Shown piece after piece: positions 17,412-26,415 of a DNA stretch of 64,000 nucleotides. The notes below the pieces were generated by a model. The model had not been told where the DNA came from. It saw only the letters and a list, made by a program, of their open reading frames with translations, and did no database searches. Origin of the DNA: an uncultured bacterium (GTDB lineage: Bacteria; Patescibacteriota; Minisyncoccia; Phycocordibacterales; GWA1-40-21). Where the stretch lies: assembly GCA_903831305.1 (NCBI GenBank), contig CAIKXE010000004.1:147524-211523 (forward strand), given 5' to 3'. A program made the translations under genes and the position numbers. Numbering within the stretch: the first letter of the stretch is position 1; every line of letters starts with the position of its first letter.

Positions 17412-19160
17412 ATGATTAAAGAGGAGATTATTGATTTAATAAAAAAAGCAGTTTTGGCTCAGGGTATTCCCGAGCAGGACATACCGGCTTTTACCTTGGA
17501 GCATCCAGATGAGATGAGTTATGGGGACCTAGCCAGCAATGTGGCTTTGGTTTTATCCAAGTCACTTAAGAAGTCTCCAGTGGAAGTGGCTAAGCAGGTG
17601 GTGGAGAATTTAAATAAAAATAAACTTGATGCGGTGGAAAAAATAGAAATGGCGGGTCCGGGTTTTATTAATTTCTATTTAGCGGATAAATATTTTGTGG
17701 CTGGGGTAGGGGAGGTTTTAAAAGCGGGTGAAAAGTATGGTACTAATAATAATCTTAAGGGGCAGAAGACGATTGTAGATTACACTGACCCAAATCCCTT
17801 CAAAGATTTTCACATTGGGCACTTAATGAATAATGTAATAGGTGAAGCACTATGCAGAATCATGGAAGGTAATGGCGCCAATGTAAAAAGGGCTAATTAT
17901 CAAGGGGATGTCGGGATTCATGTTGCCAAGACTATCTGGGGGGTATTTAAAATGTTAGGGGATGGAACGGCGAAGAAGGAATTCTTTGGTGGATTATTTG
18001 GCTTTGGTAATAACCCCAAGGTTTGGGGAAGGGCGTATGCTTTAGGTGCTACTACTTTTGACCAAGATGAACAAGCCAAAAAAGAGATTACTGATTTAAA
18101 TAAAAAGATTTATGAAAGATCAGATAGAAAAATTAATAAAATTTATGATTTTGGTAAAAAGATATCACTTCAGGAATTTGAAAAGATATATAAGATTTTA
18201 GGCACTAAATTTGATTACTATTTTTTTGAAAGTGAGGTTGGAAATCTAGGTAAAGAGATTGTTCTTAAAGGTCTTAAAGATGGTATTTTTGAAAAAAGTG
18301 ACGGGGCGACAGTCTTTCATGGAGAAAAGTATGATCCACTTTTGCATACTCGTGTTTTCATCAATTCTCAGAATTTGCCTACCTATGAGGCCAAGGAACT
18401 AGGTTTGATTGTTGAAAAAAATAATAGATTTCCTTTTGATAAGACTATTTCCGTTACGGGAAACGAAATAAACGATTATTATAAAGTTTTACTAAGGGCT
18501 ATGTTTCTTACTGTGCCAGATTTAGCAAAAAAAGTTACTCATATTGGACACGGTATGCTCCGTCTGCCAACTGGAAAAATGTCTTCCCGAACCGGTCAGG
18601 TTATTACTGGAGAATTTTTGCTTTCTGAAATAAAAAATAATGTTTTGGAAAAGATGAAGGATCGACAAATACCAGAGAAAGAGAAATATCTAGTTGCAGA
18701 GATAGTGTCTATTGGAGCTTTAAAATACTCTATTCTTAAGCAAGAAACTGGTAAAGATATTATTTTTGACTTTGATAAATCTCTGTCTTTTGAAGGGGAC
18801 TCGGGACCATATTTGCAATATGCTTGTGTCCGCGCCAAATCCATCTTAGAGAAGGCGGAGAAAGAGGGAATCAAGGCTAATTTAAATCTAGAAAATACCC
18901 CAGTGATTGGTGAATTACCCAAACTCTTGGTTAGATTTCCAGAAGTGGTGGAACGGGCGGGCAAGGAATATTCTCCGCATTATTTAGCCACTTATCTCAC
19001 GGAGCTCGCTTCCGCTTTTAGTACTTTTTATGCGGAGCAGGTGGTGGTGGATAAAAATGATCCCGTCTCACCTTACCGGGTAGCCCTCACCTCCGCTTTC
19101 CTGACCGTAATGAAAAATGGTTTGAACCTCCTGGGCATTAAAGTCCCTGAGCGGATGTAA
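17412..19160 (+). CDS. argS: Arginine--tRNA ligase
   Basis: Class I HIGH motif (DFHIGHLMNNVIGEAL), ArgRS N-terminal add-1 domain and C-terminal DALR-like region ending …PERM. Confidence 0.9.
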   Translation: MIKEEIIDLIKKAVLAQGIPEQDIPAFTLEHPDEMSYGDLASNVALVLSKSLKKSPVEVAKQVVENLNKNKLDAVEKIEMAGPGFINFYLADKYFVAGVGEVLKAGEKYGTNNNLKGQKTIVDYTDPNPFKDFHIGHLMNNVIGEALCRIMEGNGANVKRANYQGDVGIHVAKTIWGVFKMLGDGTAKKEFFGGLFGFGNNPKVWGRAYALGATTFDQDEQAKKEITDLNKKIYERSDRKINKIYDFGKKISLQEFEKIYKILGTKFDYYFFESEVGNLGKEIVLKGLKDGIFEKSDGATVFHGEKYDPLLHTRVFINSQNLPTYEAKELGLIVEKNNRFPFDKTISVTGNEINDYYKVLLRAMFLTVPDLAKKVTHIGHGMLRLPTGKMSSRTGQVITGEFLLSEIKNNVLEKMKDRQIPEKEKYLVAEIVSIGALKYSILKQETGKDIIFDFDKSLSFEGDSGPYLQYACVRAKSILEKAEKEGIKANLNLENTPVIGELPKLLVRFPEVVERAGKEYSPHYLATYLTELASAFSTFYAEQVVVDKNDPVSPYRVALTSAFLTVMKNGLNLLGIKVPERM

Positions 19161-19164
19161 CACA

Positions 19165-19200
19165 AAGGCCTAGCCTTTGAAGGCTAGGCCTTTGTGTTTT
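19165..19200 (+). terminator. Rho-independent terminator after argS
   Basis: cacaaaggcctagcctttgaaggctaggcctttgtgtttt. Confidence 0.5.
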
Positions 19201-19224
19201 GTGCTGGTTATCCACTTTTTTGGT

Positions 19225-19560
19225 TGACAATCTGACCAAAATAAATGATATAATTGTGCCCAGATAGGGTATGATCTTGCTGTTGAGTAGGATCCGATGC
19301 CCGAAGTTAAGAGTGGGGTAGTGAGTGGAGACCCTGGTTATGTTGAACACAAATGGTCGTCTGATGTCGTGGAACGAGTACCAGGAGATGGTGCTCCGGG
19401 TACAGTCCAGACGTCACAGCGCGTGGAGGTGGTACAACGGTTTGCGCCGCTTCGCCGGAAGGAGGAACGGTTGACCGGAAGCTGAGCTTCATCAACCCAC
19501 ATGGGCCGTCTCGAGACTCTCGCAATTCGGCGGGAGGGTAGAGGCGGCTTTCTTTTGCCT
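19225..19560 (+). ncRNA. Candidate structured non-coding RNA / long 5' leader of ileS (identity unresolved)
   Basis: Promoter-like TTGACA(19225)-18 nt-TATAAT(19249). The downstream ~300 nt are strongly GC-enriched against an AT-rich genome, and only short ORFs overlap on both strands. A terminator-like hairpin agaggc…gcctct lies at 19530-19552, ~55 nt before the ileS ATG. Confidence 0.3.
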
Positions 19561-19606
19561 CTTTGACTATAAACTGCTACAATAAAATCTATAATATTAT
19601 AAATAT

Positions 19607-22600
19607 ATGGATAATAAAGACATCACTAGTAAAAGTCTCCGGGCACAAAAAGAAGAGCAAATCCTCAAGTTCTGGCAGGATAATCAGATTTTTGAAAAGT
19701 CTTTGGCCAAGGAAGCCCCCAAAGGTGAATTTGTTTTTTATGATGGGCCACCTTTTGCCACCGGTTTACCGCACTATGGGCACCTGCTAGCCGGGACGAT
19801 CAAAGATTACGTGGGTCGCTACCAGACCATGCGCGGGTATCATGTGCCTAGGCGTTGGGGCTGGGATTGTCATGGTTTGCCCGTGGAAAATATTGTGGAG
19901 AAGGATTTGGGCTTAAAGAGTCGAAAGGATATTGAAGAATACGGTATAGAAAAATTTAATGATAAAGCTAAAGCCTGCGTGCTGACTTATGTGGATGATT
20001 GGAAAAAGATCGTTCCGCGCATGGGGCGCTTTGTGGATATGGAGCATGATTATAAAACCATGGACTCTTCTTTTACAGAGAGCGTCTGGTGGATTTTCCA
20101 TAAATTAAACGAAAAAGGTTTGGTTTATGAAGGTTTCAAGTCTATGCATCTTTGCCCGCGCTGTGAGACCACTTTGTCCAACTTTGAAGTGAATCAGGGT
20201 TATAAGGATATCACGGATATTTCTGTGACGGTGAAATTTGCGGTGGTAGGGGAAGCTGGTACTTTCTTCCTAGCTTGGACCACCACCCCTTGGACCCTAC
20301 CAGGAAACGTCGCTCTTGCTGTTGGTCCGGATGTTGATTATGTCAAAATCAAAGTGATGCCCACCGGGGAGAATTATATTTTGGCCAAGGCTCGGTTAGG
20401 GGTGATTAAAGATGATTACGCTATCGTGGAAGAATTTAAGGGCGAGAAGGTGATCGGTCAGTCTTATAAACCCGTTTTTGATTATTACAATAATAAAGAG
20501 ACCAAGAATATTGCCAATGGTTTCAAAGTTTACGGTGCCAGCTTTGTGACAACTACGGATGGTACCGGTATTGTCCATATTGCGCCGGCTTTTGGTGAGG
20601 ATGATATGAACCTAGGTAAGGAAAATAATCTACCCTTTATCCAGCACGTAGGGACGAACGGGCGGTTCAAACCAGAAGTGACGGATTTTGCTGGTCTTTT
20701 GGTAAAACCAAAAGATGATAAGGAGTCTGGACAGGATCATCAGAGCTCGGATATTTTAGTAATTAAATATTTGGCGGGAAAAGGGACTTTGTTTGCTAAA
20801 GAAAAGTTGATTCACTCTTATCCACATTGCTGGCGTTGTCAAACCCCGCTTTTAAATTATGCTTCTTCCTCCTGGTTTGTGGAAGTAACTAAATTTCGAG
20901 ATGATTTGGTAAAAGCAAATAAAGGGATTAACTGGGTGCCAGTCGATATCAAGGAAGGGCGGTTTGGCAAGTGGCTAGAAGGAGCCCGGGATTGGGCTAT
21001 CTCCCGTTCGCGTTACTGGGGTGCGCCTTTGCCGGTCTGGCGTTGTGATGGCTGTGCCAAGAAAGAATTTATCGGCTCGGTAGAAGATTTAAAAAAGAAA
21101 ACTGGCGGACGAAATAATTTTTATGTCGTACGGCACGGCGAGGCTGATAATAATGTGCTCGGTATTATTAGCTCGGATCCTAAACGGCCGCATCATCTGA
21201 CAGAGAAGGGAATTTTGCAAGTTAAAGAGGAGGCGGAAAAGCTAAGGTCAAAAAAGATTGATTTGATTTATGTTTCACCCTTTGTCCGGACCCAAGAGAC
21301 CGCTAAAATAATTGCTGAAATTTTAAATATTCACCCGGATAAAGTTATTACTGATGATCGTATCCACGAAGTTTATGGTGGCGAGCTTGATGGAAAAACT
21401 GATGCTGAATATCAACGTTTCTTTGGCTCGCGTTTGGAGAAATTTGATAAGACTCCTGTCGGTGGGGAAAATTATACGCAGATAAAAAACCGGATGACAG
21501 AATTTGTCTATGATGCTAATTCTAAAAATAAGGGCAAGAATATTTTAATCATTAGTCATAATACGCCAATCTGGCTCATGTTTGCTGGAATCTTTGGCCT
21601 TGACCCAGCTCAGACCATAGACCTTCGTCGTGAGGCTAGAGATTTTATAAAGAACTCAGAGGTCAAAGAATTACCTTTTGCGCCGATCCCGCATAATCAT
21701 AATTATGAATTGGACTTGCATCGGCCATATATTGATGAGGTGACTTTTGCTTGTCCTTGCGGTGGTACTATGAGGCGGGTACCAGAGGTATTTGACTGTT
21801 GGTTTGAATCCGGCTCCATGCCGTTTGCTCAGGCTCATTATCCGTTTGAAAATCTAGACAAATTTAATCCGCACCCGGGAATGTTTAGAAAGCCGGTAGG
21901 CTTTCCAGCAGAATATATTGGTGAGGGTTTGGATCAGACTCGGGGGTGGTTTTACTCTATGCTGATCTTGTCTGTCGGTTTATTTGGCGAGTCTTCTTAT
22001 AAAAATGTTATTGTAAATGGGATTATCTTGGCTGAGGATGGGCAAAAGATGTCCAAAAGTTTGAAGAATTATCCGGATCCGATGATTTTGGTGGACAAAT
22101 ACGGCGCTGATGCCTTGAGGTATTATCTGTTATCTTCACCGGTAGTCCGGGCGGAGGATCTATGCTTCTCGGAAGCGGGGGTGGATGAAGTGATGAAGAA
22201 GATTTTGACTAGGTTAGACAATGTCTTTTCTTTCTATGAGATGTATAGTAAAGAGTCCTCGGTGCCGGTTAGAAACTTTGTGCCAGAGTCAGAAAATATT
22301 TTGGATCAGTGGATCCTTATTAGATTAAAGGAACTTATTATTGCTGTGACTGGTGCCTCTGATAAATATGAGATGGACCGGGCGGTTCGGCCAGTGATGG
22401 ATTTTGTGGATGATTTGTCCACTTGGTATTTGCGTCGTTCCCGTGACCGCTTTAAATCTGCTAATCAAAAGGATAAAGTCCAGGCTATCCAGTCTACTCG
22501 TTTTGTCTTGGAGGAATTGACAAAAGTGATTGCCCCGGTGATGCCTTTTTATGCTGATGAACTTTACCAAAAAGTAAAATCTTTTGAGGGTAAAGAGAGT

Positions 22601-23140
22601 GTGCATTTATCAGCTTGGCCAGAGGTGGTTAAACTGACTAAAGTGGATGAAGCGGTAAAGATTAGCATGGAGGAGGTTAGAAAAATTGTTTCCTTGGGCC
22701 TTGAAGCCCGAGCTAAATCAAATATTAAAGTCCGTCAGCCCCTTGCCAGCCTTAAGGTTAAAGAGGGTAAGGTGATTTTGTCAGATTTGTATTTAAGTCT
22801 GATCCAGGATGAAATAAATGTAAAGAAAGTGATTTTTGATAAGACTATTATTGAGGCCGTGGAGCTTGATCTGGTCATTACGCCCGAGCTTAAGGAGGAG
22901 GGGGCGGTACGCGAGCTTACTCGAGCTATTCAGGAACTGCGCAAGCAAGAAAAGCTGTCTCCGACGGATTTTGCGAGTTTGAAAATTAAGACGGATGAGC
23001 GCGGTAAAAAGCTCGTCCAAAAGTTTGAAGCGGAAATAAAGAAAACCACCTTGATCAAGATTATTTCTTTTGAGGAGTTTGACGTGGAGTCAGTGACGGT
23101 GGTAGATGATTTGTCTTTTGGTCTAAAAATAAACCGATGA
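19607..23140 (+). CDS. ileS: Isoleucine--tRNA ligase (type 2, eukaryote-like) carrying an in-frame histidine-phosphatase (PGM-family) domain insertion
   Basis: HIGH motif PHYGHLLAG, KMSKS motif KMSKSLKN, CP1 editing domain, Zn-ribbon CPRCETT / WRCDGC / CPCGG. Residues ~500-690 (nt ~21100-21690) contain VVRHGEADNN…ISHNTPIW, a histidine phosphatase superfamily fold, not IleS. Confidence 0.9.
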   Translation: MDNKDITSKSLRAQKEEQILKFWQDNQIFEKSLAKEAPKGEFVFYDGPPFATGLPHYGHLLAGTIKDYVGRYQTMRGYHVPRRWGWDCHGLPVENIVEKDLGLKSRKDIEEYGIEKFNDKAKACVLTYVDDWKKIVPRMGRFVDMEHDYKTMDSSFTESVWWIFHKLNEKGLVYEGFKSMHLCPRCETTLSNFEVNQGYKDITDISVTVKFAVVGEAGTFFLAWTTTPWTLPGNVALAVGPDVDYVKIKVMPTGENYILAKARLGVIKDDYAIVEEFKGEKVIGQSYKPVFDYYNNKETKNIANGFKVYGASFVTTTDGTGIVHIAPAFGEDDMNLGKENNLPFIQHVGTNGRFKPEVTDFAGLLVKPKDDKESGQDHQSSDILVIKYLAGKGTLFAKEKLIHSYPHCWRCQTPLLNYASSSWFVEVTKFRDDLVKANKGINWVPVDIKEGRFGKWLEGARDWAISRSRYWGAPLPVWRCDGCAKKEFIGSVEDLKKKTGGRNNFYVVRHGEADNNVLGIISSDPKRPHHLTEKGILQVKEEAEKLRSKKIDLIYVSPFVRTQETAKIIAEILNIHPDKVITDDRIHEVYGGELDGKTDAEYQRFFGSRLEKFDKTPVGGENYTQIKNRMTEFVYDANSKNKGKNILIISHNTPIWLMFAGIFGLDPAQTIDLRREARDFIKNSEVKELPFAPIPHNHNYELDLHRPYIDEVTFACPCGGTMRRVPEVFDCWFESGSMPFAQAHYPFENLDKFNPHPGMFRKPVGFPAEYIGEGLDQTRGWFYSMLILSVGLFGESSYKNVIVNGIILAEDGQKMSKSLKNYPDPMILVDKYGADALRYYLLSSPVVRAEDLCFSEAGVDEVMKKILTRLDNVFSFYEMYSKESSVPVRNFVPESENILDQWILIRLKELIIAVTGASDKYEMDRAVRPVMDFVDDLSTWYLRRSRDRFKSANQKDKVQAIQSTRFVLEELTKVIAPVMPFYADELYQKVKSFEGKESVHLSAWPEVVKLTKVDEAVKISMEEVRKIVSLGLEARAKSNIKVRQPLASLKVKEGKVILSDLYLSLIQDEINVKKVIFDKTIIEAVELDLVITPELKEEGAVRELTRAIQELRKQEKLSPTDFASLKIKTDERGKKLVQKFEAEIKKTTLIKIISFEEFDVESVTVVDDLSFGLKINR

Positions 23141-23727
23141 AGAAAAAAGTGATTTTTGTGCACGGTTATGGTCTAGCCGCCCCACTTGAGACAGAAGACT
23201 GGCCAGGCACACTTGGCTGTGAACTAAAAAAGCAAGGTTTCGATTTTCAGCTTTTACTGATGCCTGAGGCGGCCTATCCGGCTATCTCCGAATGGCTGAT
23301 TTTTTTAGTTAAGCAAAATATAAAAGTAAACGAAAATACTTATTTTGTCGGGCACAGCCTGGGTTGTATCACTATCGCTCGTTTTTTGGAAAAACTACCT
23401 GAGGGTGTTATGGCTGGGGGGTGTGTTTTTGTTTCAGGATTTTGTTCATTGCCACAAATACCGCTACTCAAAGAATTTTGTAATTTACCCCTAGATTTTT
23501 CTGAGGTTAAGAGGCACTCGCGAGATTTTGCTGTCGTGGTCTCTGATAATGATCACATTATTCCGTTGGTCCGTAGTCAAGAACTAGCCGAGAGACTTGG
23601 AGCTAGAGTAATAGTAGAACGTAATATGGGGCATTTTATTTCTGGGGTTAAGGAGGTTCCGAGTGTTTTAAATACTATTTTAGAAATGGCACAAATGACG
23701 GAGGAACGTAAAGAAATGAAAAACTAG
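23137..23727 (+). CDS. Alpha/beta hydrolase, YdeN/RBBP9-like serine hydrolase
   Basis: GHSLG nucleophile elbow (VGHSLGCITIARF), ~190 aa. Overlaps the ileS stop by 4 nt. Confidence 0.6.
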   Translation: MKKKVIFVHGYGLAAPLETEDWPGTLGCELKKQGFDFQLLLMPEAAYPAISEWLIFLVKQNIKVNENTYFVGHSLGCITIARFLEKLPEGVMAGGCVFVSGFCSLPQIPLLKEFCNLPLDFSEVKRHSRDFAVVVSDNDHIIPLVRSQELAERLGARVIVERNMGHFISGVKEVPSVLNTILEMAQMTEERKEMKN

Positions 23728-23742
23728 GTCACTAGCTGTATT

Positions 23743-24348
23743 ATGTCACATACCATATATACAACTGAAGGGTTTATTCTTAAAAGCGTAAATTTTGGCG
23801 AGGCTAATAAGTATTTTTTTATTTTTACTAAGGAGTTTGGTTTGATCCGGGCGGCGGCTCAGAGTGTGAGACATCTAAAATCCAAATTACGTTATGGGTT
23901 AGAGGATCTTTCTTTAAGCCAGATTTCCGTGGTGCGGGGAAGAGAAGTTTGGCGCTTAACCAGCGCGGAAAAAAAGCTTGGCTTGGCGGAGAAGGAAAGG
24001 TTACTGATGTGGTCACAGATTTTTTCTTTGTTACTGCGCCTCCTTCATGGTGAGGAGAAGAATGACGCCCTTTTTAGTATTTTAAAGGAGGGTATGTTTT
24101 TTCTAAATACTCTTGATGACGTCGGGGGTGAAAAAAAGCAAAAGGAGAGAGCCGGGCTACTGGCAAGCTTTGAATGTATTATAGCTCTGCGGATTTTGTC
24201 TGTCCTTGGCTATATTGGTCAGTTAGGAGACTTTGATCAGTTCACTCTTTCACCATATTTTACGCCGGAGCTTATTTTAAACATGAGTGCTCTTAGGTCT
24301 AGGGCGATTGGGGAGATAAATAAGTCACTAAAAGAAACACATTTATAG
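23743..24348 (+). CDS. recO: DNA repair protein RecO-like
   Basis: N-terminal OB-fold pattern typical of RecO (TEGFILKSVNFGEANKYFFIFTKEFGLIRAAAQSVRHLKSKLRYGLE). Shorter than canonical RecO. Confidence 0.55.
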   Translation: MSHTIYTTEGFILKSVNFGEANKYFFIFTKEFGLIRAAAQSVRHLKSKLRYGLEDLSLSQISVVRGREVWRLTSAEKKLGLAEKERLLMWSQIFSLLLRLLHGEEKNDALFSILKEGMFFLNTLDDVGGEKKQKERAGLLASFECIIALRILSVLGYIGQLGDFDQFTLSPYFTPELILNMSALRSRAIGEINKSLKETHL

Positions 24349-24451
24349 TGATTTCACACATGTTTTGTGTGGCTTCGTCTGGCTTTTTACTTGGAAGTAA
24401 GTTAAATTATGTGTTATAATTTATGGGTAAAGAAGTCTAAAATATTTAATT

Positions 24452-26380
24452 ATGTACGAAGATCCAAAAAGTAAAATAAGTCTACTTGAAAAGGTACTTG
24501 ATGCTAGGGAAGACCGTGTGACTAAACGGATAAAGCGTCATGAGCTACGGGATAAAGAAATTACGGTTCGACAGGATTGGGATGAGAGTGAATTCAAGTC
24601 GGGTCTTACGGAGCCTATATCCCCACGTAAGGGTATGTCTTTTTCTGTAAAAATACTAATCGGCTCAATTATTTTTTTTATCATTGCTTTTGGTATAACT
24701 GCTTATAAGTTTTTGGGGGGAGGAAATGTCGTATCTGGGAACAACATTGTTGTGACGGTGAAAGCTCCTGTTTCAGTGTCAGGTGGGTCAGTTGTGCCTT
24801 TTGAAATTGAAATAAAAAATAATAATAGCGTCACTTTATCTGGGGCGGATTTGGGAATAGTCTTTCCTTTGGGCGCTAGGGATATAACTGATACTTCAGC
24901 TAATGCTAAGCGCATACAGGAATTTATTGGGGACATTTTACCTGGCCAAACACTTAAGAAGAATTATTCGGTCGCCTTGTACGGTGTCGAAAATGAGAAG
25001 AAAGAAATAAATATTACTTTGGAATATAAAGTGGCCGGCTCTAACTCACTGTTTAATAAAACCAAAAATTTTGTTGTTTTGATCAGTTCTTCGCCAGTTA
25101 GCATTGTGGTCACTGGTCCGGTGGAAGTAAATACTAATCAAGCGGTTGATTTTACCGTAGAGGTTACTTCTAATTCACCATCAGTAATCAAGGGTTTATT
25201 GCTGAAGGCCGTTTATCCTTTTGGTTTTTCGTTTACTAGTTCAAACCCTAAGATATTTTCTAAGAATGATTTATGGCTGATAGGTGACCTGGCACCTGGG
25301 GCCAAACGGACCATTAAGTTTTCCGGCGTTCTAAATGGCCAAGAGGGGGAAGAACGTGGTTTTACTTTTAATCTAGGATCTCAATCCAAGTCTGATAGTT
25401 TGGCTATAGAGATTCCTCTGGCTACAGAATTTTCTTCTGTTACTATTAGGCGGCCTTTTGTCAGTGCGGATATTACGCTTGATGGGTCAAGTGCTAATGA
25501 GTACGTTTCTTCTGCCGGGTCTAAAATAAATGCTTTGATAAATTGGCATAATAATTTAGCTTATGAAGTGTCTGATGTTTCTATTACCGTAAAGATAAAT
25601 GGCAATGCTTATGATGAATCTTCTCTTAGAGTAACTAATGGTTTATATAACTCTATTGATAACACTATTATTTTTAATAAAGCAACAGATAAAACTTTGG
25701 CGATTCTAGAACCCGGAACAAGCGGGGCTTCACGCTTTTCTTTTGATAGTTTTAGCGTTAAATCGGTTACGGGTTCGGCCCTGACGAATCCTATAATTTA
25801 TGTTGATGTCACCGTTAAGGGTAAGAGAGTTGATTATAGTGATGGTCCGGAAGATTTCTTTTTTTCTGATTCTCGAAAGATAAAACTTACTACCAACCCT
25901 CAATTATCAGCTAGTGCCTTGTATTATGTGGGGGCGTTTAAAAACACTGGTCCAATGCCACCTCAGGCCGAGAAAGAGACTACTTACACTATTACTTGGA
26001 CTGCTACAAACCCCTTGAATAATTTATCTGGAGTACAAGTGGCGGCTACTCTGCCGGCTCATGTAAAGTGGCTATCATCTATTACTCCCGGTCAGGAAAA
26101 GGTGGACTATAATGAGGATACAAGGGCCGTCGTCTGGAATCTAGGTAGTGTTTTAGCCGGGGCAGGGACAATTTCTCCGGCTCGAGTAGTGTCTTTTCAG
26201 GTTTCTATTTTGCCGGGGGTTGATAAAATTGGTTCTGTACTGGATTTGATTAGCGCCGCTTCTCTTACTGGTCGTGATAGCTTTACTCTGACAGGTGTTT
26301 CAAGTTCTTTTTCTGGCCTAAATACCAGGTTAAATAATGATCCATATTTTAAAGAGGGGAATGAAATAGTGATTCAATAG
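24452..26380 (+). CDS. Membrane-anchored cell-surface protein with repeated DUF11/CARDB-like beta-sandwich domains
   Basis: TM helix at aa ~65-85, then several ~110-aa repeats with the patterns NQAVDFTVEVTSNSPS…, GQTLKKNYSVALYGVENE… and TISPARVVSFQVSILPG…. Confidence 0.5.
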   Translation: MYEDPKSKISLLEKVLDAREDRVTKRIKRHELRDKEITVRQDWDESEFKSGLTEPISPRKGMSFSVKILIGSIIFFIIAFGITAYKFLGGGNVVSGNNIVVTVKAPVSVSGGSVVPFEIEIKNNNSVTLSGADLGIVFPLGARDITDTSANAKRIQEFIGDILPGQTLKKNYSVALYGVENEKKEINITLEYKVAGSNSLFNKTKNFVVLISSSPVSIVVTGPVEVNTNQAVDFTVEVTSNSPSVIKGLLLKAVYPFGFSFTSSNPKIFSKNDLWLIGDLAPGAKRTIKFSGVLNGQEGEERGFTFNLGSQSKSDSLAIEIPLATEFSSVTIRRPFVSADITLDGSSANEYVSSAGSKINALINWHNNLAYEVSDVSITVKINGNAYDESSLRVTNGLYNSIDNTIIFNKATDKTLAILEPGTSGASRFSFDSFSVKSVTGSALTNPIIYVDVTVKGKRVDYSDGPEDFFFSDSRKIKLTTNPQLSASALYYVGAFKNTGPMPPQAEKETTYTITWTATNPLNNLSGVQVAATLPAHVKWLSSITPGQEKVDYNEDTRAVVWNLGSVLAGAGTISPARVVSFQVSILPGVDKIGSVLDLISAASLTGRDSFTLTGVSSSFSGLNTRLNNDPYFKEGNEIVIQ

Positions 26381-26415
26381 TTGTTAAAAAGTTTTAATTA
26401 TATATACTGTTAATT

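Noticed and set aside
19421-19440. T-box riboswitch core (GGTGGTAC) upstream of ileS
   Set aside because: Only 8 nt of the ~18-nt T-box consensus match, and the motif sits ~100 nt upstream of the terminator hairpin instead of forming its 5' shoulder. Kept only as a weak hint inside the ncRNA candidate.
21100-21690. Intein in IleS
   Set aside because: The insert lacks Cys/Ser at its N-terminal boundary, the terminal His-Asn, and Hint/endonuclease blocks. It instead matches histidine phosphatase motifs.
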